NCBI GenBank assembly: GCA_964057225.1
Contig: OZ059899.1
Span: 4,960,001-5,024,000 of the forward strand
Reading direction: 5' to 3'
DNA: 64,000 nt
Source of the DNA: Auanema rhodensis
Lineage: Eukaryota > Animalia > Nematoda
Below the pieces are notes generated by a model that was not told the origin of the DNA, searched no databases, and saw only the letters and a program-made list of their open reading frames with translations. The position numbers and the translations under genes were made by a program. How positions within the stretch are numbered: position 1 is the stretch's first letter; each line of letters starts with the position of its first letter. Positions 39,741 to 53,543 of the stretch are shown piece after piece.

Positions 39741-42708
39741 ATTGTTCTAAAAGAATTTATTTTTATTTATTGAATTCAATCAAATTGAAATACATATGAC
39801 ATAAGAGAATGATAGAAATCAAGTTGAGGAAGATAATAAAGTTGAAAAATAGTTCATGAAATCAGAGATGATTGATTGACATTTAAAAAAAAAAGAGGAG
39901 ATTTTGAGGTCATGAATCCACAATTTAACTAACAATTTAAACAATAAATATATAGAGAAGTTTAAGTATAAAATCAGATGTGAATGACCTCCAAAAGGTT
40001 TTTTGGTAAGTATCAGATAAGATTGTGAAATACACCATGATTTACTCATTAAGATGACAAATTAAGATCAATAGGAAATAACAAACATTGAATAAAGAAA
40101 TCAAAACGTCATTGTACTATGGGTTAACCTTCGATTTCACAAAACCTGGTGTTAGAATTAGATCGTAACATACATGTATATGTAAGTCTATTAACGAATT
40201 AGATGATGTAAAAGGCTATAAAGCATATTAACAATTCTTTTTGTTCTTTGCAAAAGCTAAAACCAAAACATAAAACAAACACTTGATCATCATAATCTGA
40301 AGACAACAACAACATTAGACCAGAAGCTCTTCCGTCATAATCAGACGATTCGCTATGTGTATGATGTGACTGAGAATCGTCTAGCGATCGTCGCGACAAT
40401 CATAAGCAGCACTACACACATTCGACATTCAAATAACGACTGTCCTTTTACAATTTTGAGTAGAAGAACTAATAGAAAAACGAAATCATTCGAGAATCAT
40501 CTGAATTTTGAAATAAAGGAAAGTTTGAGTGCGTTTGCCGGAAACGTTTGAACGTACAATTGGCGAACGGCTCTTTCAACTTATTTCTCTAGCAGTATCA
40601 CATTTTCAACACAAAAATAAGTGAGAATGAAAATAGAGATTAGCTTGAAGTTGTCAATTTCAAGGCATCAGATCGACGAGATCATGCATCTATCAGGATA
40701 AGATGGAGAGTAAGGTCTTGAATTTCAGATTTTCATATATGCTATAATTTCAGTTGCATTTGAGGTTCGTCATCGCGAGAATTTCCGGAAAGTTTAGCGT
40801 TTGCCGCACACGGAAGCTTTCAAATTTTAAATGAAATGATGTGAATATGAAAGAAATCATGACGCACAATTCATTTTGAAATAACCAACGAAGGTATTGA
40901 CTTGAAATTTCTATGTCAGACTCATCTGTACAAGATAAGGAGCAAAGAGAGAGAGTTGGACCTTACATGTTCTTAGACTTCTTTTTTAAAATTTGTGTAT
41001 AGAACCACTCCTTAGGGACAGAAGCAGAAAGTTGAAGTGAGTGACTGACGACTATGCCGAACGATACATTCAAAAGGAGCTGGAATAAACTTCTTTGTCT
41101 TCTGGCTTGACTTGTTTTAGCTGTTGCAGCTCCATCTATTTTTACATTGGAACTCTATATCATCATTGATGATTTATTTGAATCAGCTGGAAGACAGATT
41201 CAAACCTTTTTTGGTTTTCAGAGAAGATAATGGTCAAAGTTCGGATTGATATGCTATGGATAGGGTTAAGTATCCAAGGAAAACATAAAATTATAATTTT
41301 CAAGCCTATACTGAAAAATTTTAAATGGGAAAATAAAGAAAATTACTAAAAATAGTTGTTAAATGCAATGAAAAGTACTTGAAAAGGAAATCAAAATACA
41401 AGAAATAGAGAATGATAGAGGACGAATACTAAAAAATGTTAGAACGGGAAGAAAGACTGACGCAGTGATGTTTCAGACACTTAAATAGAAAGATAGAAAA
41501 GATGGAATCAGTAATTAACTTAAGATTCAACCACATCACATCCGCACAAATGATGCCGATAAACAGAAGCAGTTGAATCTGAACCAGCTGCGACAACTTG
41601 AACATGTTGCTGAGTTGGCTTCATGTAGTGGTAATGGGATGACAACCAATCGCACAGAATTCAGAAGGGTCATGTCGGATAAGGCGGAGCCACGCGAATG
41701 ACAAGAACAGAAAAGCAGACACAAAGTTTGATTAGACCAATTGAAACATCGTTTGAGATTGGAATTACTAAACAAAATGCCATTGAACTTCATGAAAATG
41801 CTTCAATTAAATAGCATTTTGGTCAAATGTTGAAAGAAATATTAATTTAAGAAAATATTTATTTAGAATTAAAAAGAGAAATAGTGGAGTATAATACTAA
41901 AATGTTTTAATTAATTCATAAATGAATATCATATGTATATGGTCAGATAGATCAAAAGAAATTATTTTGGATTCAGTATGAGCTTACAAAGTGGACCAAA
42001 GCTATTAGGCTTGTACTTTGGATATGGAATATCCTGCATTCTACAACTTTGAGCAAGATAGAAAAAGAAATAAATACGAGACTGATTAAGCGGTTTTCGT
42101 TCAACCTGAATGACCTCTGATCCACCTTTAAGCCTCGTTTATACACAAGTTTTATGAAAAAGTAACACATAGAGAGCAAATGTAAATGAATTATTAATAA
42201 TAACAGATAGATGTTAAGAAATAAGATGATGGAAATAAATCATGTGATATATAAAACGAATGAAAGAAAAATATAAATTCTAGAAGATTAGAAAACTTAA
42301 ATTTAAATAGTTTAAAACATCACAAACACATAGAAAAGAAAAAAAATGTACTTAAAGTAAAAATCTTGCTGAAGATACATATCTTCTGAGGACAACAATA
42401 TTTTAGTCAAACAAATTTTTTCAAAATACTTGCATACATATATAGAATCACAATATTCTATGAATGAATATTAAAATTATTGCGCAACCATATCCTAAGG
42501 CTATTTTCAAATCCGTAAATAGAAGAGTTCGGATGGATAAGTCATTAGTAATAGTAATCTATTTAAAAATCTGAGATTATAGTTCAGAATAGAAAGTTAA
42601 GCAGAGAAACTGAGTATAAGTATATATCCAAGTGTTTATGTAGTCTTTTCGTCTAGTTTACAGGAAAAAAAAGCTGAACAATTCCCATGAAAGGCTGAAT
42701 AGAGACTG

Positions 42709-42712
<4 letters not shown>

Positions 42713-42765
<53 letters not shown>

Positions 42766-42782
42766 AGAGAAAAAGAGAGAGA
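42713..42782 (+). repeat. (GA)n microsatellite with an internal G-run
   Basis: Visible GA tandem array. Similar (GA)n at 45436-45468 and (TA)n at 46023-46047. Confidence 0.9.
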
Positions 42783-45429
42783 GTAGCAGGTTGAACTAAA
42801 GCTCTGTCAACAAATCTCCAACGGGCTGTAATTATATGATGTAGAGATGATAATTTTGAATAATAAGATGTACCAGAATATATTGAATGTGTATATTCCC
42901 AAAAGTAAAAGTATTTCAATAGAAAATGAAAATTATCTGATGAGGTAAACGATATATATTGAGAATCAAGATAAGCAACGATCAGTGTACTGACAAATTG
43001 TCAGTCAAATGATGAATGATGATGGAAAGTGGAGATTGATGAATGAAAATTTGTATGCAAAATGTGAATAAAAACCATTTATCATTAAATAATAATAATA
43101 AATTTAAAATAATTAAATAATTGAACAGGAATTTTAAGTTCAAATATTATATAATGCTTGAATATTATATTCAACCGCTTAACATCTTTTTTTTTTCGAA
43201 AAATAAATGAATTTGACAATTTATTGAAAAAACATTAATACTCATGAAAACGTTATCATAATGAGTATTAAGTCTTGAAACAAAGTAGGCGTGAATGATT
43301 CAATTAACTTGAAATATATAAGCATATTCTAATCTTTATTTGAAAATAGTAAGTGAAGGACCACCATAATTTTAGAAACAAGCACCTATGCAGCTTGACT
43401 GCTTTTCATTATTATAGTATAATGAAGTGTAAAGTTCATTTAAATTAAAATTTATAAATTTCAAAACAGTTTTAATACTTAAATTTTAAAAAATAGTAGC
43501 AGAATCATGAACTCTTAGCATGAAAACTTCAAAATGTACTTATATAGAGTATTAAGAATAAATTGATGAATAAGTTCTACGCTTGATTCAGAATAGAGTT
43601 AACAGTACTTTTAATTAAAGTTGAAACTTTCTTTAATGGAATTGAGAAAAACACTTTTTGCCATATAATTTGCCTTGGGAAAGAAAACGGATAGAGAGGT
43701 AGTATTAAAAATTTTCATGAATATTACTAGTAAAGAAACGAAATATTCAAAAATTTCAAGAAAACAAACAGAATCCAAACATTATAAAAATAAAATTTCT
43801 TATGTAAAGGATTGAGTGAAAGAGTAAACCAAAGAAGATGGATAATGAATACACAAAAGATAAATGAGGTGATAGATTTGAAATGTGATGGAGGATAAAA
43901 TATAAAATAAGAATACGTATTTCGAAAAAAAAACATGAAAACATTATTTGTTTTTGTTTTTAATTTTCAGAGTTATGTAATACTATGAAAGAACAAAAAT
44001 TTCATATAAAACTTTGTTTAAAAAACTTAATATCATAATGACATAAATCAAAATAATGTTTTTTTTTCTTAAATTAAGAAGAAAAGAAGAAAAAAAATAG
44101 AAAATGATAGTAAATTCAAATAATTTTTAATAATTTTATTCTAAAAATAATAATATTGTTACCATTAGAAATATATTTTCGATTAAAATTTTAAAAAATG
44201 AATTAAAACCAAAAACTATGCCACAACATTAGGTTGCCTATATATAGAATATACTATGTTGAATACAGAAGACAACATCAGAGGCATGTGATGATGACGA
44301 TGAGAGGTCGTTTATCGATCGATTGTGGTCAGTTCCATGACAACTTATGAAAGAGTCTGTATAAAACGACAATGTATTGAAAAGTGAAGTGGATGGTATG
44401 GACCGGAATTAAGAAAACAGGACTTTCGGCCATTCTTGACTCCGAAAACAAAGATAATCTTAATGATATAACGACTATTTGATTAAAATAGTATATAGAT
44501 GAGACTTTTCTCAAAAAAATGAGAAAGAGAGCTGAATACAATTAAAGGAAGTTATTAAACTTTTTTCTCTCATTAAAGACAATTTGAATTCAATTTTTAT
44601 GTTTTTTTTACTTATATTCTTATAATTTTAAATAACTTTATGATAATATAAAATTTTATAAAAAATTGATTAAAAGATTTGTATAACATCAATTAAAGTA
44701 TTTGTAAAAGTTATAATAAATATATATAATAGTTAGTTATTATATTAAAATATATTATAATATTCCTTAATAAGTATATATAAATATATAGAAGAAGGTA
44801 TATATTGAAGAGAGATCTTAATAAACATAAGGTGAAAGAAAAGAATAAAAAAGAAAAAAAGATAAAAGAAGAGAAGGTTAAGTTGAGTAGAGAAGAACAA
44901 TGTAAAAAGAAAAAAAAGTTTTATGAAGAGCAATTGAACACGAGTTAGATGACTGACACAATACCTTCAATTTCAATATATGTTTTTCAAATATTTTCTT
45001 AGTTTTGAATCTAAATAAAGGTAACAATATTGGGTTTTTTTGGGATAAATAAGGTTAGAAGTCAATGGTATATGAAATTGTGATTGACAGATTGACGAAT
45101 AGCAGAACTAGCGTAACAAAAATAACATAAAAATACATTTATTCGATTAAACATAAAAATATTTTTATTTAAATTCTAAAAAAAGAGTTTATTTAATATG
45201 TATGACGATATAATATGGATAGAAGAGTACATATGGAATATAATGTTCAGTTGAATATAAAGACAATGAAATTATCAGTGCAAAATTTAGATGAGAAAGC
45301 TGAGTACAGACCAGAAAAATTAAGGAAAATTAATAGATGTATTATGTAGAACAAATGTTTAAGTGAGTGACAATGAGAGGAGCATGAGATATAAATGAAG
45401 ACAAACGATGAAAGTATAGCAAGAAGATG

Positions 45430-45472
<43 letters not shown>

Positions 45473-47894
45473 AAGAAAGATTAATGGAGGTAGAAAATAT
45501 TGAAAAGCTAGACAAATACAGATATTTTTCTAATCCCCGAATACAGGGGGAGGAAAAACAATTTAGAAGAGATTGAGAACTGTCTAACTACTTCTATGGT
45601 AAATTATGTTTATTTTGATCGAAAAAGATGATGTAAAAAACTATAAGTAATCCATACAATAATGGATTATCTGTGAAGCATTATTTGTTTATTTATAAAA
45701 ACGTTTTTCTCATTTTGTTTTATTGTATATGTTCCAACTGATAAAAATTACTTGTTCACTCCCCCCCCCCTTCTAACTCACCTCCGTGGCCCTTACATAC
45801 TCTTACTATTCATCTAACGTATCCTCACATTTTCCTTTTATTTTCAAATCTTTTGTTTTCTTATGGTTTTTTTTGAAAAAAAAAGACTCCTTTAAAAAAA
45901 AACAATTGAATATATATAGAGGATATAGAATATATATATATATATATATGTGCATGTATATATAAATCTAAGTAAACGATAACAAATAATAACAAATCAA
46001 AAATAAATAAAAATAAAACTAAAATTAACATATGAAGTCTTATATATATATATATATATATATATATACTATGCTCTTAAAAGAGAAATCCTAAAAATGA
46101 ATTAACATCGAGAAAACAGATAAGGAATGACATGTCGACTCTTGATGTCCAGTAGTATACAACAGGAAAAGCTTTTTAAGTCTTAAAAAAATTAAGTTTT
46201 AGACGTTAAGCTTTATACTATATTAATTCAGGTCGTTCTTTTCTTCTAATATTCCATCTTCATATAGTATATTCATCAAAAAGTTCTCTTCTGAAGTTAA
46301 TAAATATAAAGAATGTGGATGTGGTTCTACATTACAATTCACCAGCTTTATTGTTAGTTTTGAATTTTAAAAACTAACAGAACACAACTACTACGTGCTG
46401 ATAATATATATATATATATATAAATTTTTATATAGTAAATTAAATTATTCAATATGAAGTTGCGGTTGCTGCTGCTGATGCTGCAGGCGATGCTGCTGCT
46501 GCTGCTGCTAGTGGACCAACATTGAAGTGAGACTACACTGGACATTACAAATATTGCTTTGGGTGTGTATTCAAAGCTTCAAATGAAATTGGTATATTTT
46601 TCGTATAAAGCCAATATACCATTTAAGGATAACGAAGCTTCCACGTCAGCAAGGAGAGGAGAGCTCAATCGAAAGATAAAAATAATTGAGAAAAAAAAAG
46701 TTATATATATATGTATATATGTATATGTCTATGTATGTAAAACATATGTATGTATGAACTGGCAAATATGATATGAAATAAGCTTTGGTGTAACTCGTTG
46801 CGAATGAACTTTTCATATTATCTTAAGTACAATTATGGCAACAATGAGTATGCGATGAAAGAAACTGCCGTCCGGAAGTATTTCAAACTGAACTAACAAA
46901 AAAATATGAAAAAGTAAGGTTATATTTTAAACAAAATATATAAATTCATGAATGAATAAGAAAATAAATGTTTTTCAAATTAAACATTCTTAATACGGTT
47001 TCATTGTTTTGATCATTTTTTACTTTTTCATATTTGGTATTAATTTGAATATCCTATAAAAACTTTGTTTCCTTAAATAATATTTTATAACTAATAAATA
47101 ATTCTAAAACGAACAACGAATACTAGAAAACTAAAAAGAAAAGGCTTTTGAACGAAGAATCTGAGTATGAGTCAGTCATATTAGGTTCAACAAAAGTCAT
47201 TTAAGCGGAAATGTTTTAGAGTTTGAGTTGTTCTATATATAAGAATATGACATTTCTCCCATAAAATAAACCTGGAATAGTCAATATTGAGATAGAATCA
47301 AAAAAGAAAATTTAACTATTTATGTATAACATTTACTCATTTTTAATATTATCAGTAAATGATTAAATTATTTGAAATAAAAACGGAAACGTTAAACTTT
47401 GAAGAAAGAGAAACAGGTGAAATTATTAATAGATCAATAGGAAAACTTACTATTTAGACATGTCAATGTTTTTTTTTGTTAAAAAATTATCAAATTATTA
47501 TTTTTTTCACCAAATAAAAACATTTTTAAGATACATAAAGAAAATACAATTAAAGAACATCGTTTGTTTTTTAGAAGTAAACAGAAAAAAAATTTTAAAA
47601 TTAAGAAATAAATTGTAAAACTTTATTTTTAATAAAATCAATATTTCATTCAATCCTCATGAATAAAAACAGCTAATATTACCCATAATAAGCAACGAGA
47701 TTTCAAGAAGTTTGGCCATGAGTTGGTTTTGTCGTTTCAAGCGTATAATACAGATCATAATAGAATTGAAATTCGTAAATATAAATATTCTAATCGAAAC
47801 GAGTGAAAGAGCTGAATTTCAGATAATTCGAGAAATTATTTAAATACTAACTATGTGTTTGTTGAATATATATAGTTAGTATATATGAATCAGT

Positions 47895-50484
47895 TTAATT
47901 CATCATGGTATTAGGATTCCTTGCTGCTCGGAAGTACTTGATAGCCATCGGGATGAAGAAAAAGAAGAGAAACAGCAGAAATAAAAGAATTCTGAAATAA
48001 CAAATAATATGAAAAATAACAAAATGAGTCTTTATAGTTCTTCAGGTTTTTTTTAAATTTTGAAATATCAATTGTAAATATTATTTACATGTGAATTCAT
48101 ATATAACTCTTGTCATCATTACTTCTAAACTAAGCTTCAATACCTATGTTTCTAAGACAGAAGTAGTAAAGAATGGATATAGAAATATTTATTTCTAAAA
48201 TTACAAAAATTTTAATTTATAATTATTATGAAAAGAAATAAAACTTTTTCTTAAATTTGAAAAAAAGAGGCAACAGGTAATAAAGAAGGAGAAAAGAAAA
48301 GTACTAAGGGAGATGTTGCTATGTAGTAGATATAATGCAATTTCAAAAGTTGTAACAACTATTATGAGTCTTCAAAAATTAAAATTCAAAAAGAAGAACT
48401 AATATTCATATCAGAGGTGGATGATATGTCTCTATGTGTCGGAGAAACAGTCACCGCGATGAATGGTGCATGTGTTGGTCTGAAATAACCAAGACGACAA
48501 CTTTTAAGAAATTGAGCATTTGGGCTTGGTCTATTGAGTCAATCAAGAAACAAAACTATGCAATCAATTTCAAAGAAAATATTAGATAAGTTGTGTTAAT
48601 GCACAACGTATTCTGTATGTTAACCTCATATGTTATATCATATTAATAGATCTAGTTCTTTTAGATTTTAGCTATGGAAAAGTGAAGGAAAAAACACAGA
48701 TATCCGAAACCGAGACAGACGACAAGAGCTTAACCATTCAGTTAAAGTTATATTACACTCACTAATTATGTAGAATTATGAACATATAGAAACTTTAAAA
48801 GAGAAAATGCATGTAAAATAAATGAAAAGAATGAAAATTATAAAATAGAGATCAGTTCATAAAAGTTTGCTCATTTACATAAAAATAAAATTATTTTGAA
48901 AACAGGCAAAACTTAATCAATTTTTTTAAAATTTAAGGTTTTTTTTTAAATTTTTCGGTTAATATTATAAATAATATCTAAGTGTGTACAAGAGGGCAAA
49001 TGTGTACCCGATTGATTGACCAATAGATGGTTTCCAGTGTGACATGCTGCCACCTCCCCGACAACATTCATATCCGCAGCAATATTCATAGTGACCACAA
49101 CCCCAGACAATTTCTCTTGGTCGTGTCTGATCCTAAAAACATAATATTGGAATATTTTAATTTATAGATAAGTAGCTAATTCCCTTTTTTCTAAATGAAT
49201 ATTTAGTCAATAAAAATATTTTCAATTCCTATATATACATATGAATATTACCTGGAAATACACATTTCCAAATTGATTGTCTCCTTGTTCTATAGGCATA
49301 CGACACACGTTTGAATGTCCTGACCTGGGATAATAGTTAGAACCCCAATAGTATGGTCGATTATTCCACCTAAAGCAATAATTTAATAAATATTTTTTAT
49401 ATTAAGATAAAGCTTAGAAATATCTCCAAATGAAATAACTAATTAGCTTACATCATTGGTCCTGCAGCAGCTCTAATGATTGCTTTACCAGCTTGATATG
49501 TTAAATAACCAGCGGCAGCTCCAACTATGGCATTTTTAAAAGTGTTTGATCGTAATTTAGATCCGATTCCTGATCCTGATGTATATCTGAAGATTTAAAA
49601 TTTTTCACAGTTATTAATATCATATAACACTTAAAACTTAGTTAGTAACCGTGGTTATAAATTAGTTTTTCATTCTAACTAACAAACGACAACCCATTAA
49701 TAGTAATTTACTTTTTTTTTCTCAAAGTTAGTATATTGTTTCAAATGAACACTGGTAAGAACAAAGCACTCATTGGACATTATATGAACCTATGAGCACG
49801 TCCCATTCCACCTCCCATACCATGGCCGAATAAACCACCACTTCCTCTGAAGATTTCATGTTTTGAATTATTTTAATTTAGTTGATTTGGATCTTTATCC
49901 AATTTTGGTAACAATGTGATCGCAAATTGGGGTAGAAAGAAATCACATATGAGACTCAAAGTAGAACTCTATCTGAATCTAAAGTGGAAAAGCTACATAC
50001 AAGTATAAGCTAGGCTGTATGTGTATATTATATTTTTTTACGATATTTGTATGTGGCAAAAGATAAATACCTTGAATTTTGGAATCCTCCACCATATCCA
50101 CCGCCATAACTTCCACCTAAAAACAAATATTAATTGAATCCAGTTGTATTATTGATACCATTTCTGTTCATACTATTTGAGTTTATTCCACTTTGTTGAT
50201 TAGGACGATAACCTTAATTTACACATTATAAAATATATTCAAATTAAATTTAGTTCGTTACCTGCGTCAGCGCCATACCGAGGAGGAGGTGGATTTCTCT
50301 GATATGGTGGAGGTGCTACACCACCCCGACCTCTGTTAGCTCCACCAAAAGTTCCTCCTCGATTGTTATTTGATCTTCCCATAGATCTACCGATTGAAAA
50401 TCCTCCTCTTTTAGCCTCTAGAGGAGGTAAAAGCGTAAGTATTAAAAGGGTTGACCATGCTAGAGCATATGCTTTATTATGCAT
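47895..50484 (-). CDS. Gly/Arg-rich CX-module protein with two possible C-termini (stop at 48965 unspliced; TM exon 47895-47991 spliced)
   Basis: Signal peptide, then KRGG/RGG- and Gly-rich exons, NAIVGAAAGYLTYQAGKAII, PYYWG, VCRMPI, NVYFQDQTRPREIVWGCGHYEYCCGYECC. Paralog of 38930-39740. Confidence 0.85.
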
Positions 50485-51207
50485 ATCTGCAAAAAAAAAC
50501 TTTTTAGGGCTTCACATAACCAGAAAGATTAATATATATAATTGCATGAAAAGCATTGATAAATTCAGCATATTACTTCATCACTTTACAAATAGAAAAA
50601 AATGAAAATAATTCAACTAGTAGTTCACGTGATTTAGCTAGGCCTAGAGACAAATATCAAACAAAAGCTAAATGAAAAGCGAAGTGGAAATCAAGTTACA
50701 ACTGATACTAACAGCTGAGAGTGTAGAGAACCATGATCAAACACATTTTTCTAATAGCGAAATTGCTTACATAGTATTAGTTATATATATTGTTAAAGAT
50801 AAAAACATAAGAACAATCTTCTAATTTAATTTTTCCTGCTTCTATATGGTGAAGTGATGAGCTTGAATTCATTTTTTAACCATATGTTTTTCTTATATAC
50901 AAAACGTAGTTCGAATTCTTTGTAAAAAAATGATAATACAATCATGAAAAGATCGAAAATTGAACAATGGTTAGAAATACATGTATGTATAACAAAAAAT
51001 GTCTGCCAAACAGCTTCTAGGTTACAAATATTTCTGAAACCTCATTCTGAACGCCAGAATAACAACGAAAAAAATCAATAAAGCATTTGCACAAAATAAC
51101 AGGCATGAATACGAGAGCTGTAAGATCTAGTCTGATAGTTAAATAGAAAAAAAGACAAATGTTGTTCAATTGTTCTTTAGTATCGTAAGATAAATACAAA
51201 AAGATAT

Positions 51208-51281
51208 TGCCGCCAGCAGGGGTCGAACCTGCGACCTTGGGCTTATTAGACCCACGCTCTAACCGACTGAGCTATGGCGGC
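51208..51281 (-). tRNA. tRNA-Ile (AAT)
   Basis: Minus strand reads GCCGCCATAGCTCAGTCGGTTAGAGCGTGGGTCTAATAAGCCCAAGGTCGCAGGTTCGACCCCTGCTGGCGGCA; anticodon loop CTAATAA. Confidence 0.96.
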
Positions 51282-52412
51282 ACGGAAGCCGGCCATTTTG
51301 GAATCAAGAAAAACAGATCTTGAACAGAAAATTATCTACTACATCAATGATAAAGAAAACCGAAATAAGCACAGAGCGGTAAGAGCTAATATGCTAAAAG
51401 AGGAAAATAATACTGAGAAAAATAGCGAAAATCAAGTTGTAATTTTAAAAAAAACGTGAATGTTCCTTTGAAGCAGTTGGACCTTAAAGCAAGGCACCAT
51501 GAAAACAGAAATGTCTTCTCACTACTTCACATTAAAAAAATGCAACACTTGAGACGTTTTTGGCAGAAATTTTAATGTAGTTTAAGTGTTTCTTTTACTT
51601 ACAACTACATTATTGAAAAGAAGGTGATAAGTGCTTTAAAATTGCAAATGCAATAAAACAAGAGAAGTTGGAACAAAAATTTAAGAATTCTAACCAAACG
51701 ACACAAATGGTATACAATCCCTTTATGTTAATAGAAGTTTTGGAGAACAAGGTGAGTAATTAGAAAACTATGCTTCAATGAGAAACAACAAAAAAGATTA
51801 AGTGATGATTGCAGCTTTGTGTTGTGAGCTCTTCGTGCCTGAATTACACAGCTAGCCAAAATCGATAACCTCGTGCTTGCGACACTATAGAGACAATTAA
51901 TGCAGAAAAGCGGCTTTCTACCTAGAAGAAAAACACTTTCGTTATTTTTAAGATATTGTAATAAGATATTAATGTAACCTCAACAACTCGAGAAACATCT
52001 GAGGCCGGAAAACTAATTGAAATTTTCGATGATGTCACCGATGCATTAACCTGAGAATATTTTTTAAAAATTAAATTATATAACCTTAATCTGTCTATAC
52101 TTAAGGTTTGTTCCATAGAATTAACTAATCATATAATATTAATGCCTATACCTATTTTATGAAGACTTCCTTAAGTGTTACATTATCGCGCTCTATTGCA
52201 ATTTGGTGCTCGCGCCGTTTGTATTCGTATGCCTGAATATCAAGTTGGGCTACAGTAATCCAGCAATGAAATGCCGATTGGGGCCTAAAAATTTCATAGC
52301 GACGTGTCCGCCGCATACTTTCTAATTGTGTTCTATTCTTCTCATTTTGATCTATTTGTCTTTTATTTAAGTTATTAGTATAATTATTATATTTTCCAGA
52401 ACAAGGGTAAAC

Positions 52413-53345
52413 ATGATCTTTGTCAAGACCCTAACGGGTCAAACATTGACCCTCGAATCTACCACTGTAGGTAGCATCAAGCAGAAGATCCAAGAGATCG
52501 AAGGTATCGCTGCTGAAGACCAACGTCTTTCCTTCGAAGGTGAGTGAATTTTGAGGTTTTTTGCTGACTCTCGAGAGGTTTTCCCCGAACCTTGAGGACA
52601 GACTTGGCTTTCCCCAAGAATGACCCGTCTTCACTACAGGACGTCAGCTCTCCGATGAACTCGATGTTGCCGAGGCCTCAACCCTCCACCTCTCTCTCAG
52701 GTTTGTGAAATAACGATACAGAGAATTCTATGATGGCGATGATGAATATTTTTTTTCTGGTGTCCAGGCCTCTGAGAGTTCCATGACTGATTTTTTGAGT
52801 TCCTGAGCTATAACATAGAATTCTCACATTATTTATTGTTCTGTTGGAGAAAACATTTAAAACCATTTGTTACAGACTTTTGGGAGGAGGAAAGAAGAGA
52901 AAGAAGAAGGTTTACACCACCCCAAAGAAGATCAAGCATAAGAGAAAGAAGGTCAAACTCGCTGTCCTCAAGTACTACGAGGTTAGTTCTAAATAGGTTA
53001 CACTTCTGAAAAGAAAGACCGGCGATGATGAACATTTTTTTTCTGGTGTCCAGGCCTCTGAGAGTTCCATGACTGATTTTTTGAGTTCCTGAGCCGTGTT
53101 TTTCTTATTTAGAATCTTAATTAATAATTTTGTTCCGAAAATTACAAGGATTTTTATAGGTTGATGGCAGTGGAAAGATCCGCCGTTTACGTAAGGAGTG
53201 CCAATCCGCTTCCTGCGGAGGAGGAGTCTTCATGGCTGCCCACGAGAACAGATACTACTGTGGTCGTTGTCACGATACCCTTGTTGTTGAAGAGCCAGTT
53301 GCTGCTGCTGGAGGAGCCAAGAAGGGAGGAAAGGGAAAGAAGTAA
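52413..53345 (+). CDS. ubl-1: Ubiquitin-like / 40S ribosomal protein S27a (eS31) fusion
   Basis: Divergent ubiquitin-like domain [15 protein letters not shown]...[12 protein letters not shown]...[12 protein letters not shown], fused to [30 protein letters not shown]...[19 protein letters not shown]; four exons. Confidence 0.95.
52735..52809 (+). ncRNA. Intronic box C/D snoRNA, SNORD66-like (copy 1, ubl-1 intron 2)
   Basis: C box ATGATGA; guide GGTGTCCAGGCC before D' CTGA; terminal D box CTGA; GGC/GCT terminal stem. Confidence 0.85.
53020..53096 (+). ncRNA. Intronic box C/D snoRNA, SNORD66-like (copy 2, ubl-1 intron 3)
   Basis: Near-identical to copy 1; CGGC/GCCG terminal stem. Confidence 0.85.
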
Positions 53346-53543
53346 ATTGTTGTTGATTTCTGAATAAATTGTTATAATATACATTGTTATTTTTTAAATT
53401 TGTTAAATCGAATAATTATTGCTTTCAATCGGGGTGGGACCTAAAACTAGATATATCGATATAATTGATAAAGAAACAGAATTTGGGATTCTTTCTTTTT
53501 CTTGGTTCACTCAATTTCTGGTAATTAGTTATCATTGTAGAAA

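Noticed and set aside
40342-40382. AGACGATTC...GAATCGTCT hairpin as a pre-miRNA
   Set aside because: Only a 9-bp stem with a poorly paired 22-nt loop, and no known nematode miRNA seed recognised.
46450-46545. (CAG)n-rich stretch as a poly-Q or poly-A exon
   Set aside because: In-frame stops flank the Gln and Ala frames, and no consistent splice sites were found.
51840-52316. Minus-strand protein-coding gene head-to-head with ubl-1
   Set aside because: Intron-like segments exist, but every spliced frame with an ATG hits an early stop.
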